Below are positions 46,161 through 55,885 of a DNA stretch of 64,000 bases, in pieces (position 1 is the stretch's first letter; every line of letters starts with the position of its first letter). The DNA lies in contig DAORGW010000001.1 of assembly GCA_035356975.1 (NCBI GenBank), positions 4,951 to 68,950 on the forward strand. Direction: 5' to 3'. The notes under the pieces are model-generated. The model was not told the DNA's origin. It did not search any database and saw nothing but the letters and a program-made list of their open reading frames with translations. A program made the translations under genes and the position numbers. Origin of the DNA: a bacterium. Lineage in GTDB: Bacteria; Patescibacteriota; Patescibacteriia; UBA1558; S5-K13.

Positions 46161-46955
46161 TTATCTTTTAATTCTTCGATTATGTCTCATTCTCATTCTA
46201 TCAATACTGTTAGCAGATTCTTCTCTTAAATTATATCCGGTAAAATGTAGAAAAGCATTTTCTAATGAATTTGTATTTGCTTTTTGATTTAGTTCTTCAA
46301 CAGTTCCCAGAACTATGATTTTCCCATGATCAATAATCGCCACTCTATCAGCGACTTTTTCTGCTTCTTCCATGTAATGAGCAGTAAGAAGAACTGTGAT
46401 TTTTTCCTCTTTATTTAGTTTATTTATATAATCCCAGATATGATTTCTTGTTTGAGGATCTAGACCTATTGTTGGCTCATCTAGAAAGAAAATTTTTGGG
46501 TGATGTAATAATCCTCGAGCTATTTCTAATCTTCTTTTCATTCCACCAGAAAAAGTTTTTACAAGATAATTTCTTCTATCCCAAAGCTCAACAATATTTA
46601 AAAGTTTCTCTATGCGCTCTTTTCTTGTTTTTTTTGGAACTTTATAGAGAGCCCCATGAAATTCCATATTTTCGTAAGCTGTTAATTCATCATCTAAGCT
46701 ATAATCTTGAAAAACTATCCCAAATGAATGTCTTACTTCATCTGATTGTTTTTCTGTGTCATATGAATTTACAATAATTTTTCCACTTGTTGGTCTTAGA
46801 AGCGTCGTTAACATTTTAATAGTTGTAGATTTTCCAGCTCCATTTGGTCCTAAAAATGCAAATATTTCACCCCCATTTACACTAAAAGAAATATCATCAA
46901 CGGCTTTTATTTCTTTAAAATATTTTTTTAAATTTTTTACTTCTATTATTGTCAT
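46161..46955 (-). CDS. ABC transporter ATP-binding protein
   Basis: Walker A GPNGAGKSTT, signature LSGGMKRRLEIARGL and Walker B IFFLDEPT. Confidence 0.85.
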   Translation of the reverse strand: MTIIEVKNLKKYFKEIKAVDDISFSVNGGEIFAFLGPNGAGKSTTIKMLTTLLRPTSGKIIVNSYDTEKQSDEVRHSFGIVFQDYSLDDELTAYENMEFHGALYKVPKKTRKERIEKLLNIVELWDRRNYLVKTFSGGMKRRLEIARGLLHHPKIFFLDEPTIGLDPQTRNHIWDYINKLNKEEKITVLLTAHYMEEAEKVADRVAIIDHGKIIVLGTVEELNQKANTNSLENAFLHFTGYNLREESANSIDRMRMRHNRRIKR

Positions 46956-47108
46956 TTATATTTAGATTTTTTTTGTGTAACTTTAAATATTTTGATGTTT
47001 TTTTATATTATTTAATTTAAGTATATAAAAAAACATTATTAAAATCGAATAATGTTTTTGATTTCAGTTTTAAGACTATAGGAATATGGATTATCATGCT
47101 CTTATGAT

Positions 47109-47199
<91 letters not shown>

Positions 47200-47238
47200 G
47201 TGTTTTATATTTAATTTATTTTTTAAAGAATTTTTATT

Positions 47239-47313
47239 TGGCTGGGGAGGTAGGGTTCGAACCTACGAATGTCGGCTTCAAAGGCCGATGCCTTACCACT
47301 TGGCTACTCCCCA
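47239..47313 (-). tRNA. tRNA-Gln (anticodon UUG), U1-A72, CCA encoded
   Basis: The reverse complement reads TGGGGAGTAGCCAAGTGGTAAGGCATCGGCCTTTGAAGCCGACATTCGTAGGTTCGAACCCTACCTCCCCAGCCA. Anticodon stem TCGGC/GCCGA with loop CUUUGAA. Confidence 0.8.
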
Positions 47314-47376
47314 ATAAAAATGATAGACGTAAAATATTATCTCTCATTTTTTGGGAAATGTCAATATTTATTATAT

Positions 47377-49074
47377 TTATTCAAATACTTTTTCTTGTTT
47401 GCTTCCAAATTTTTTGGCTGACTGTAGGAATTCTATAAAAAGTGGATGTGGATTTAGGGGGCGTGATTTGTATTCTGGATGACCCTGCGTCGCTATAAAA
47501 AAAGGATGAATATTGCGCGGAAGTTCTATAATTTCAACAAAAAAATCATCAGGAGATGTTCCAGAAAAAATCATGCCACTATATTCCAATTGTTTTCTGT
47601 AATCATTATTAAATTCATATCTATGTCTGTGGCGTTCTGATATTTTTAAATTTCCATCTGATAATTTTTCACCAATTCCATATTTTTGATAAATAGAGTA
47701 AGCATAGGTATTTTTTTTTACAATACAATCAAATTTACCAAGACGCATTGAAGTTCCCTCGCCTTTTATTTTTTGATATTTTTCATCCATTGGGATATCG
47801 TGAATAATTTTGTATTGCGTTTTTGGATTTAATTCTGTTGAATTTGCATTTTCAAGTCTTAAAACATTTCTTGCAAACTCTACACATGCTAATTGCATTC
47901 CAAAACACAATCCTAAATATGGGATTTTTTTCTCCCTAGCGTGTTTTATTGCCATTATTTTTCCTTCTGATCCGCGCTCACCCCAACCAATAGGGACTAT
48001 AATTCCATCCATGTTTTCAGGAATTAAATTAATTCCATGTTTTTCAATATTTTCGCTATTTACAAATTTAATATTTGTTTTAAATTTATTTTTCCAAGAA
48101 GCATGTTTTATTGCCTCAATTAAAGAAGCATAAGAGTCAAGTAATTCAAAGTCGCCAGTTGCAATATATTTTCCCACAATACAAATATTTATTTCTTTAT
48201 TAACTTTTTGTTTTATTGATCTATTAAATTCGCGCCACTTATTTAATTGCAATTTATTAAAATTTAATTTTAACTTTTTAAGAATTTTTGTGTCAAATAA
48301 TTGTTTTTCAAATAGTAATGGTAATTCATAAATATTTTCTAAATCTGGCGCCATTATAACATTTTCGCCTTCAATTCCACATTTTAATCCAAGCAGATAC
48401 CTTCTCCTTTTGTCTATTTCCATGTTTCCTCGAAGAACTAGAAAATCAGGCATTATTCCCATGGACATTAGAGTCCTTACGGACATTTGGGTTGGCATTG
48501 TTTTTGGTTCACCAAGGTGATTTGGAATTGGAACATAGGTTGCGTGAATATTTATAACATCATTTGGCATTTTTGTTTTCATAATTCTACAGGCCTCATA
48601 ATATAACATGTTTTGATATTCACCGGCGGTTCCACCCAACTCTATTACAACAATATCTTTTTCTTCTCCAGCTTTTTTAATTCTTTTTATAATTTCGTCA
48701 GATACGTGGGGAATTGCCTCAACATCCTCACCGTCGTATCCAAAATTTCTTTCTCGTGTTATTACTGAATTATAAATTTGGCCCATTGTTGTAAAATTAC
48801 GATGCCCCATATCTTCATTTAAAAACCTTTCATATGTGCCTAAATCCATATCAGCCTCTAATCCATCTTCACATAAAAAAGGATCCCCATGTTCTATGGG
48901 GTTAATTGTGCCCGAATCTATATTTATATAGTTTTCACACTTTAAAACACCGACTTTATATCCCCTACTTTTTAGTAATAATCCAACTGAAGCAGCTATA
49001 ACACCCTTGCCTAATCCAGAAAGAACTCCACCTGATACGAAAATATATTTTACGTTTTTATTTTTTTTTGCCAT
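47377..49074 (-). CDS. pyrG: CTP synthase
   Basis: N-terminus KYIFVSGGVLSGLGKG. C-terminal glutamine amidotransferase domain with GLCFGMQ and HPE. Confidence 0.9.
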   Translation of the reverse strand: MAKKNKNVKYIFVSGGVLSGLGKGVIAASVGLLLKSRGYKVGVLKCENYINIDSGTINPIEHGDPFLCEDGLEADMDLGTYERFLNEDMGHRNFTTMGQIYNSVITRERNFGYDGEDVEAIPHVSDEIIKRIKKAGEEKDIVVIELGGTAGEYQNMLYYEACRIMKTKMPNDVINIHATYVPIPNHLGEPKTMPTQMSVRTLMSMGIMPDFLVLRGNMEIDKRRRYLLGLKCGIEGENVIMAPDLENIYELPLLFEKQLFDTKILKKLKLNFNKLQLNKWREFNRSIKQKVNKEINICIVGKYIATGDFELLDSYASLIEAIKHASWKNKFKTNIKFVNSENIEKHGINLIPENMDGIIVPIGWGERGSEGKIMAIKHAREKKIPYLGLCFGMQLACVEFARNVLRLENANSTELNPKTQYKIIHDIPMDEKYQKIKGEGTSMRLGKFDCIVKKNTYAYSIYQKYGIGEKLSDGNLKISERHRHRYEFNNDYRKQLEYSGMIFSGTSPDDFFVEIIELPRNIHPFFIATQGHPEYKSRPLNPHPLFIEFLQSAKKFGSKQEKVFE

Positions 49075-49519
49075 TATCTTTTATAATATTAACCACTAAG
49101 AAGGGTTCATTTTTTTGTCCTAATTTTATTGCTATTTTATGTTCACCCAGTGTTTTTAAGTGATGTTCTAATTCAATTTTTAAGGGGGAAATTTCTATGT
49201 TGTGTTTTTCTTTTAAAATTTTAGATAAATCCTGTGGCGTTATTCCGCCAAATAAAATCCCCTCTTCATTTGCTTTTGCAGGAATTGTAATTTTTATTTT
49301 TGAAATTCTATTTGATAAAAGATCTAAGTTTTTTTCATGCTTTATTTCTTTCTGTTTCGCATTGTGGATTTGTTTTTCTAATTCTTTTATTTTTTTGTCA
49401 TCAGCTGGTTCTGCTAATTTTTGTGGAAATAAATAATTTAAAGCATATCCATTGGATACCTCTTTTATGTCATCTTTTTTTGCTACATTTTTTACATCTT
49501 TTAAAAATATTACTTTCAT
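49058..49519 (-). CDS. rplI: 50S ribosomal protein L9
   Basis: MKVIFLKDVKNVAKKDDIKEVSNGYALNYLFP is the L9 N-domain. 153 aa. Overlaps pyrG by 17 nt. Confidence 0.85.
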   Translation of the reverse strand: MKVIFLKDVKNVAKKDDIKEVSNGYALNYLFPQKLAEPADDKKIKELEKQIHNAKQKEIKHEKNLDLLSNRISKIKITIPAKANEEGILFGGITPQDLSKILKEKHNIEISPLKIELEHHLKTLGEHKIAIKLGQKNEPFLVVNIIKDNGKKK

Positions 49520-49559
49520 ATATTTCCAATTTTAATATTCTAAAATTAAGAGTTTTTAG

Positions 49560-50834
49560 TTATTTCAATAATTCAATTGCTTTGTCTAGTTGTGGATCTC
49601 TATCTTTATTGTAGTCATCATCAGATAATTTTATTTCAATGTCTGGTTTAATACCTTCTTTGTCTATTGCTCTATCGTATGGAGTTAGCCATTTTGCAAT
49701 TGTTAGTTTAATTGAAGATCCATCTGGGAATTTTGTTAAATCTTGTACGCTTCCCTTTCCAAATGTTGTTTCTCCAATAATTGTTGCAATTTTATAATCT
49801 TGAAGTGCGCCAGCAACTATTTCTGATGCACTTGCTGATCCTTTATTTACCAAAACTACGGTTTTTTTATCCTTTAATTTTGCAAAACCAGCAGATGAAT
49901 AATTTTGTGTTTTTTCTTTATTCTTTGAAGTCTCTTTTACTATTATATTATTATCTATCCAATAACTTGAGATTTTTATTGCTGTTGTCAGATATCCACC
50001 CGGATTATTTCTTAAATCTAATATTATATATTTTTTGTTTAGAGAATTATTTACAGCTTTTTCAAATAAACTCTCTGTGTCTTGATTGAAGTGAGTTATT
50101 CTAATATAGGCGACACTCCTATCGTTTAAAAGTTTATCTATTTCTGGTTTTCCAGTATTTGTTTTTATGCTTTCATAATGAATTTCATCTCTTGTAATGA
50201 CTATATCTTTTTCTTTGTCGGTGCCATTTTGTATTGTAAGTGTTACTTTAGTTCCTTTTTCTCCTCTTATCATTTCTACAGCATTGTTTAGGCTTATATA
50301 TGATGCATCAATCTTATCTATTGCAATAATTATATCTCCAGCCTTGAGACCAGCTTTTTCTGCAGGAGAATTTGGAAGAGGGGCTATTATTGTTAGCTTA
50401 TCATCTTTTATGCCAAGTTCCGCACCAATTCCATTAAATTTACCCTCTAACTCACTGTTAAATTCTTCTGATATGTCTGGTGGTAAAAATATTGAATATG
50501 GGTCATTTAAAGATGCCACTAATCCAGACAAAGCTCCGTAAAACATTTGAGAATCTTTGGTTCCGCCAGAGTCAATATATTTTTCTCTAATTGTATCCCA
50601 TGTTTTCCAAAATAATTTAAAGTCAACATTTTTTGATAAATAACTTGGAGTTTCTGCGTCTTTATTTTTTAATTCACCCTGATTATTTTTGATTATAAAA
50701 TTAGAATTTTCAGATCCAGATACTCCAATTAAAAGCCCAACAAAAAAACTTATTATTATAAGAACAGCAATAAAAATTATTTTTTTTGTTTTTTTTGTCT
50801 CTGAGTTTTGATTGTGTATTATTGTTTCTTGCAT
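49560..50834 (-). CDS. ctpA: Carboxyl-terminal processing (S41) peptidase
   Basis: PDZ region plus the S41 catalytic region (NKGSASASEIVAGAL, TFGKGSVQ). N-terminal TM. Confidence 0.8.
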   Translation of the reverse strand: MQETIIHNQNSETKKTKKIIFIAVLIIISFFVGLLIGVSGSENSNFIIKNNQGELKNKDAETPSYLSKNVDFKLFWKTWDTIREKYIDSGGTKDSQMFYGALSGLVASLNDPYSIFLPPDISEEFNSELEGKFNGIGAELGIKDDKLTIIAPLPNSPAEKAGLKAGDIIIAIDKIDASYISLNNAVEMIRGEKGTKVTLTIQNGTDKEKDIVITRDEIHYESIKTNTGKPEIDKLLNDRSVAYIRITHFNQDTESLFEKAVNNSLNKKYIILDLRNNPGGYLTTAIKISSYWIDNNIIVKETSKNKEKTQNYSSAGFAKLKDKKTVVLVNKGSASASEIVAGALQDYKIATIIGETTFGKGSVQDLTKFPDGSSIKLTIAKWLTPYDRAIDKEGIKPDIEIKLSDDDYNKDRDPQLDKAIELLK

Positions 50835-50838
50835 TTTT

Positions 50839-52095
50839 TTATTCTTCTCTTTTTATGTTTGCACCTAATTTATTTAATCTTTTTTCTATGTCTTCATATC
50901 CTCTATCTATTTGTTGAATATTATCAATTTGTGTTGTTCCTTGTGCTATTAATCCCGCTATAAGCATTGCAAGTCCAGCTCTTATGTCAGGACTTTCCAT
51001 TTTTTTACCAGATAGTTTAACCGGGCCATTTATTACAACTCTGTGTGGATCACATAAAACAAGTTTAGCACCCATTCTTGATAAAAAATCAGTAAAAAAT
51101 AGTCTACTTTCATAAATTGTTTCATGCATCATACTCATTCCGTTTGCTTGCGTCAAAAGAACAGTATAACAGCTTTGTAAATCCGTAGGGAATCCAGGAT
51201 ATTCATGTGTTGTGATATCTGCATGTTTTAATTTTTTATAATCCTTTATTTGTATATGATTTTTTCCTATTTCTAAATTGACACCCATATTATGTAAAAT
51301 TTTTATAGGAATATCTAGGTGATTAGGATCACATTTTGTAATTTTTATATTGCTTTTAGTGGCTATTCCAATACATAAAAAGCTCCCAGCTTCAATTCTA
51401 TCTGGAATAATTGTAAATTCCGTTCCCTTTAATTTTTTAACTCCATTTATAATTATATTGTGAGTTCCTGCTCCTTTTATATCAGCGCCCATTTGATTTA
51501 ACATATTTGAAAGCGCTGTTACTTCTGGTTCGCATGCTGCATTTATTATTTCAGTTTTTCCACTAGCTAAAACCGCCGCCATAATAATAGCTTCTGTTCC
51601 CGTGTGGGAAATTTTTGGAAACACATACTTACATGCTCTTATGCCACTATTTGTAAATCTATATAAACCATTTTTAATTTCAATTTTTATGTGCATGTCT
51701 TTTAGAAAATCCAAAAAGAAATCAATGGGTCTTTTTCCTATTACACAACCACCTGGATGAGGAATTTCTACAACTTTAAATCTATGAAGTAGTGGCGGAA
51801 CAAACATAAGAGATGTTCTGATTTTTTTTGCCGTATCAGAATTTAATTTTTTTGGATTTAAATTTTTTGCAGTTACCGCTATTGAATCTTTACTTAATTT
51901 CTCTACTTTTGCACCCAGGTCTTTCAAAATTTCTATAGATAGGTTAACATCAATAATATTGGGTAGATTTTTTAGAACAATTCTTTCTTGAGTTAAAAGT
52001 GTTGCGGGTATTGCTTTTAGGGCATTATTCTTGGCTCCTTTTACATCAATTGAGCCGTGTAATTTTACGCCACCTTGAATAATAAATTTTGACAT
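50839..52095 (-). CDS. murA: UDP-N-acetylglucosamine 1-carboxyvinyltransferase
   Basis: N-terminus KFIIQGGVKLHGSIDVKGAKNNALK and length are typical of MurA. Confidence 0.9.
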   Translation of the reverse strand: MSKFIIQGGVKLHGSIDVKGAKNNALKAIPATLLTQERIVLKNLPNIIDVNLSIEILKDLGAKVEKLSKDSIAVTAKNLNPKKLNSDTAKKIRTSLMFVPPLLHRFKVVEIPHPGGCVIGKRPIDFFLDFLKDMHIKIEIKNGLYRFTNSGIRACKYVFPKISHTGTEAIIMAAVLASGKTEIINAACEPEVTALSNMLNQMGADIKGAGTHNIIINGVKKLKGTEFTIIPDRIEAGSFLCIGIATKSNIKITKCDPNHLDIPIKILHNMGVNLEIGKNHIQIKDYKKLKHADITTHEYPGFPTDLQSCYTVLLTQANGMSMMHETIYESRLFFTDFLSRMGAKLVLCDPHRVVINGPVKLSGKKMESPDIRAGLAMLIAGLIAQGTTQIDNIQQIDRGYEDIEKRLNKLGANIKREE

Positions 52096-52185
52096 ATTAT
52101 TATTATAATTAGGTTTCTTATATCAGATATTTTACCCGAAATTTACGCCTTATGCAACTTTTTAATTTTATAATTTTTAAAATTT

Positions 52186-53505
52186 ATGCACATTATTTTT
52201 AGAAGATTTTTGACTTATTTTGCAATAGCAATTTTTGTTATTGCATCTTCTTTTTTTGTATTTATATCTTTTGGTTACAGATATAATTTTACAAAGAATA
52301 AATTTGAAAAAACCTCTGTTTTGTATATTAAGTCATATCCAAGAGAAGCAAGTGTTTTGTTAAACGATAAAAAATACAAAAAAACAACCCCAACTCAGAT
52401 AAATTATTTAAAACCAGATGTTTATAAAATTGAAGTAGGAAAAGAAAAATATCAAAACTGGGAAAAACAAATTAATATAAGAGTTGATGAAACTGTTTTT
52501 CTTGAAAATATTTCTTTATTTTTTAGTGAGCCAAAAATTACAGTAATTAAAGACGGGAATTTTCAAGAGATTTCAATATCACCAAACAAAGAAATGATAT
52601 TATTTTATGATAACAACAATAAGAGTTTAAATATTTTTGATATTAAATCAAACAATATTGCAAATATTGAAAAAAATATATCTGAAATAAATTATTCTTT
52701 GTGGTCTTCTGATAATCAGAAAATACTTTTTGAATCAAATAATAAATATTTTGTTTCTTTTCCCTACTTAAATAAAGATATATTGGATTTGTCAAAACAT
52801 ATAAATTTTAAAATAAAAAGTTTCGCCTGGGATAAGTTTAATTCCGATATCCTTTATATAATTGATTTTTCGGATAATTTATATAAATTTGATGTTGTTA
52901 ATATAAAATTAGAAAATACAGAATTGAAAAATATTTTAGCCATTAAGCCAGAAGGAGATAAAATATTTTATGTTCAAAAACAAAAAGATCACACAATTTT
53001 TACATTTTATAGAAAAAACTCCAAAGATTCTGATTTTATTGTTATCCCACATAGCAGTAATTATAAATTTTTAGAACCATATAGGGATTATTTTTGTCTC
53101 TTAGATGGTAGCTCTAATAAAATGTATTTAATGGATCCAAATCAAAAAGATTATATACTAAAAACAATTTATAATATAGATGATGTGTCTTGGGATTTAT
53201 ATAATAGAATTTTATTATTAGAGAATGATTTTGAAATAAGAATTTATGATATAAAAACTCAAGAAGAGAAAACTATATTAAGGTCAAGTCAAAAAATAGA
53301 TACAGCTTTTTGGCATAGAAATAATAATCATGTTTTTTATAAATTAAATAATGAATTAAAGGTTTTAGAATTAGATGATAGATGGGGAAGAAATGAATTT
53401 TTAATTCAAAAAGATATGATTTCAAATAATATTTTAGCAAATAGGAGAGGAAATATAATTTATTACATCACAAAAGAAGGATTAATAAAAAATACTATTC
53501 AATAA
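52186..53505 (+). CDS. Membrane-anchored PEGA-domain protein with a probable beta-propeller C-terminal region, hypothetical
   Basis: N-terminal TM. PEGA-like segment (SYPREASVLLNDKKYKKTTPTQINYLKPDVYKIEVGKEKYQNW). The remainder is repeat-like and beta-rich. Confidence 0.4.
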   Translation: MHIIFRRFLTYFAIAIFVIASSFFVFISFGYRYNFTKNKFEKTSVLYIKSYPREASVLLNDKKYKKTTPTQINYLKPDVYKIEVGKEKYQNWEKQINIRVDETVFLENISLFFSEPKITVIKDGNFQEISISPNKEMILFYDNNNKSLNIFDIKSNNIANIEKNISEINYSLWSSDNQKILFESNNKYFVSFPYLNKDILDLSKHINFKIKSFAWDKFNSDILYIIDFSDNLYKFDVVNIKLENTELKNILAIKPEGDKIFYVQKQKDHTIFTFYRKNSKDSDFIVIPHSSNYKFLEPYRDYFCLLDGSSNKMYLMDPNQKDYILKTIYNIDDVSWDLYNRILLLENDFEIRIYDIKTQEEKTILRSSQKIDTAFWHRNNNHVFYKLNNELKVLELDDRWGRNEFLIQKDMISNNILANRRGNIIYYITKEGLIKNTIQ

Positions 53506-53527
53506 TTAGTTTGAGCCACAAGAAAAT

Positions 53528-53562
53528 TTTTAAATAAAAAACAACGATTTTTTATAAGTCGT
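53528..53562. terminator. Bidirectional terminator between convergent genes (12-bp AT-rich perfect stem)
   Basis: aaaaaacaacga ... tcgttgtttttt. Confidence 0.4.
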
Positions 53563-53589
53563 TGTTTTTTATAGATTAAATATATTTTT

Positions 53590-54561
53590 TTAATCTTTTT
53601 TGTAATAATTATTTATATCAAATGGTGCATCTTCTTCGTCATTGGCTATGCTTTTGAAAAGATTTTCTTTTTCTGGCTCTTCGGTTTTGTCTTGCGTTGG
53701 TTCATAAATTTTTTTATATTTTGAAGAAAAATCATTTATTGTGTCATTTGCCTGAGATTTCATTAGTTTCATTGTCTCTTTTACTATTTTTTCGGTTGTT
53801 TCTCTTATAATTAATTCAATATCCTCCGGAATTGATGTTTTGCTTTTTCTTGCAAGTAGGTTATTTGCCTCAAGCCATGTATCAATTGATTCTCCACCAT
53901 CAGCCCACCATCCAGGTAATATATCAAATTTCATTGTGCCCTGTTGTACATAAAAATTATTAACATCTGTTATTTCTAGTTCTCCACGACCAGATGGTTT
54001 TAAATTTTTTATTACATCCCAGACTTGATTATCATATAAATATAGTCCTGTGACAGCTAAGTTTCCCATGAATTGTTTAGGTTTTTCAACAATTTCTAAA
54101 ATTTTATCTCCATCAATACGAGCAATTCCATAATGTTCCGGATGTTCAACTTCTTTTAAAAATACTCTTGCACCAATTGGTGTTTTTTTAAATTCTTCTA
54201 TGGCTTCAGATAAATTATCTTCAAAAATATTGTCCCCTAGTATTACAACCATTTTATCATTATCAACAAATTCTTTTGTAAGAGATAGGGCTTGGGCAAT
54301 TCCACCAGCCTCTTCTTGAATTGCATAAGATAAATTAACACCAAATTCTCTTCCTGAGCCAAGTAATTCTAAGAAATGTCCTGCGTGCCCTTTTCCAGAT
54401 ACAATCATTATATCTTTGATTCCAGCATCACGAAGAGTTTCTATTGGATAATAAATCATAGGTCTGTCATAGACAGGAAGTAAGTGTTTGTTTGTAACTT
54501 TTGTAAGTGGAAATAATCTTGAGCCGGTTCCACCCGCTAAAATAACACCTTTTAATTTCAT
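53590..54561 (-). CDS. rfbA: Glucose-1-phosphate thymidylyltransferase-like sugar nucleotidyltransferase with a C-terminal extension
   Basis: MKLKGVILAGGTGSRLFPLTKVTNKHLLPVYDRPMIYYPIETL matches the RmlA N-terminus. 323 aa. Confidence 0.75.
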   Translation of the reverse strand: MKLKGVILAGGTGSRLFPLTKVTNKHLLPVYDRPMIYYPIETLRDAGIKDIMIVSGKGHAGHFLELLGSGREFGVNLSYAIQEEAGGIAQALSLTKEFVDNDKMVVILGDNIFEDNLSEAIEEFKKTPIGARVFLKEVEHPEHYGIARIDGDKILEIVEKPKQFMGNLAVTGLYLYDNQVWDVIKNLKPSGRGELEITDVNNFYVQQGTMKFDILPGWWADGGESIDTWLEANNLLARKSKTSIPEDIELIIRETTEKIVKETMKLMKSQANDTINDFSSKYKKIYEPTQDKTEEPEKENLFKSIANDEEDAPFDINNYYKKD

Positions 54562-54715
54562 ATTTTTTTAGTTTTTAGTAATTATTTTGCCCAGAGATAG
54601 TCATCCCTCGAAATAAGGCAATTATTAATTAGCTAAAGAATTATTTTTTAATTTAATATATCTTAAGTTAATATTTATAAATTTGCAAGTGAATTTTTAA
54701 CATTTTTTACACACT

Positions 54716-54743
54716 TGACTTTTTTTAATTTTTGTGTAATATA
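54716..54743 (+). promoter_or_regulatory. Sigma70-like promoter TTGACT-16-TAATAT for the small zinc-ribbon gene
   Basis: cacacttgactttttttaatttttgtgtaatatataatc. GGAGG Shine-Dalgarno at about 54755. Confidence 0.4.
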
Positions 54744-54766
54744 TAATCATATATCAATTCTAGTTT

Positions 54767-54967
54767 ATGGAGGAAATCATGAAAGTTTATCCAGGTTTGA
54801 GTCAAACATCTCCAAGAGTTATTTGCCCTGTTTGTGGAGTTGTTTTAGATGATGGTGGTACAAAGACTCAATCCGAAACGACCGAAGTGTGTTCGGAGTG
54901 CAAAAAAAAACAAACAGAAAAAATCCCCAGGGTTAGTTTGGCCCCGGAAAGTAATAAAAACATTTAG
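54767..54967 (+). CDS. Small zinc-ribbon protein (66 aa), hypothetical
   Basis: CPVCG...CSECKK cysteine pairs. Own promoter, Shine-Dalgarno and a strong terminator. Higher GC than its surroundings. Confidence 0.45.
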   Translation: MEEIMKVYPGLSQTSPRVICPVCGVVLDDGGTKTQSETTEVCSECKKKQTEKIPRVSLAPESNKNI

Positions 54968-54971
54968 TATT

Positions 54972-54999
54972 GGCGCATTGTGCGCCTTTTTTATTTTTT
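54972..54999 (+). terminator. Intrinsic terminator ggcgca-ttg-tgcgcc plus a T-run
   Basis: GC stem followed by ttttttattttttg. Confidence 0.6.
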
Positions 55000-55001
55000 G
55001 T

Positions 55002-55844
55002 TTAAGAATCTAGGTAATCTTTTAATGCTTCTTTAAAACTACGAAGTTTTGGAAATTTTGTGTTATTTAATATAGCATTTTTTGGTCTTTTTGCTTTTGT
55101 GTGAAAATCGGAAGAGCCAATTTGATTTAGCTTTATATTTTTAATATTTTTTATTTTAAAGATTTCTTGTGCGAATTCATGTGGGGTAACAGCATCTTCG
55201 TTTGTAAGATGATAAATTCCAAAAGGATAATTTTCTTCTATTAATTGTTTTATTGCAAGACTTAAGTCTTTTGTATATGTTGGTTTAGAAATTTGATCTA
55301 TGATTAAATTTAATTCATCTTTTTCAGTGGCTAATTTTAGCATTGTTTCTACAAAATTCATTCCCCTTTCTTTTCCTTTTTGAGGATTTTTTCCATAAAG
55401 CCATGAACTTCTTATTATATAAAAATTATTTAAATTTTTTTGTAATAATCTTTCTCCATCAGCTTTTGATTTTCCATAAATATTTATTGGGTTAGTCGGA
55501 GAGTCTTCATTATAACCAGATTTATTTTCCCCATCAAAAACATATTCAGTGCTTATGTGTGCTAATATACAGGAATTATTTTTACAAATTTTTGCTAGAT
55601 TTAAAACCGCTTCTGTGTTTATTTTACTTACAATTTCTTCTTCATTTTCAGCTTTTTCAACATCAACAAAAGCAGCACAATTTATAATAACATCAGGATT
55701 TAGTTTAATAATTTTTTTGTTCAATTCTTCTAAATTTGTGATATCTAATTCTTCTTTGTCGGTCAAAATTAAATCATGATTGGAAAAAGCTATGGCAATA
55801 TCTTTACCGAGCATGCCATCTGCACCAGTTATTAGAATTTTCAT
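55002..55844 (-). CDS. rfbD: dTDP-4-dehydrorhamnose reductase
   Basis: MKILITGADGMLGKDIA Rossmann start. Length 280 aa. Within the rhamnose cluster. Confidence 0.7.
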   Translation of the reverse strand: MKILITGADGMLGKDIAIAFSNHDLILTDKEELDITNLEELNKKIIKLNPDVIINCAAFVDVEKAENEEEIVSKINTEAVLNLAKICKNNSCILAHISTEYVFDGENKSGYNEDSPTNPINIYGKSKADGERLLQKNLNNFYIIRSSWLYGKNPQKGKERGMNFVETMLKLATEKDELNLIIDQISKPTYTKDLSLAIKQLIEENYPFGIYHLTNEDAVTPHEFAQEIFKIKNIKNIKLNQIGSSDFHTKAKRPKNAILNNTKFPKLRSFKEALKDYLDS

Positions 55845-55885
55845 AGTATTTTATATTGTTATTTTATCAATATGAAAATATTTTT

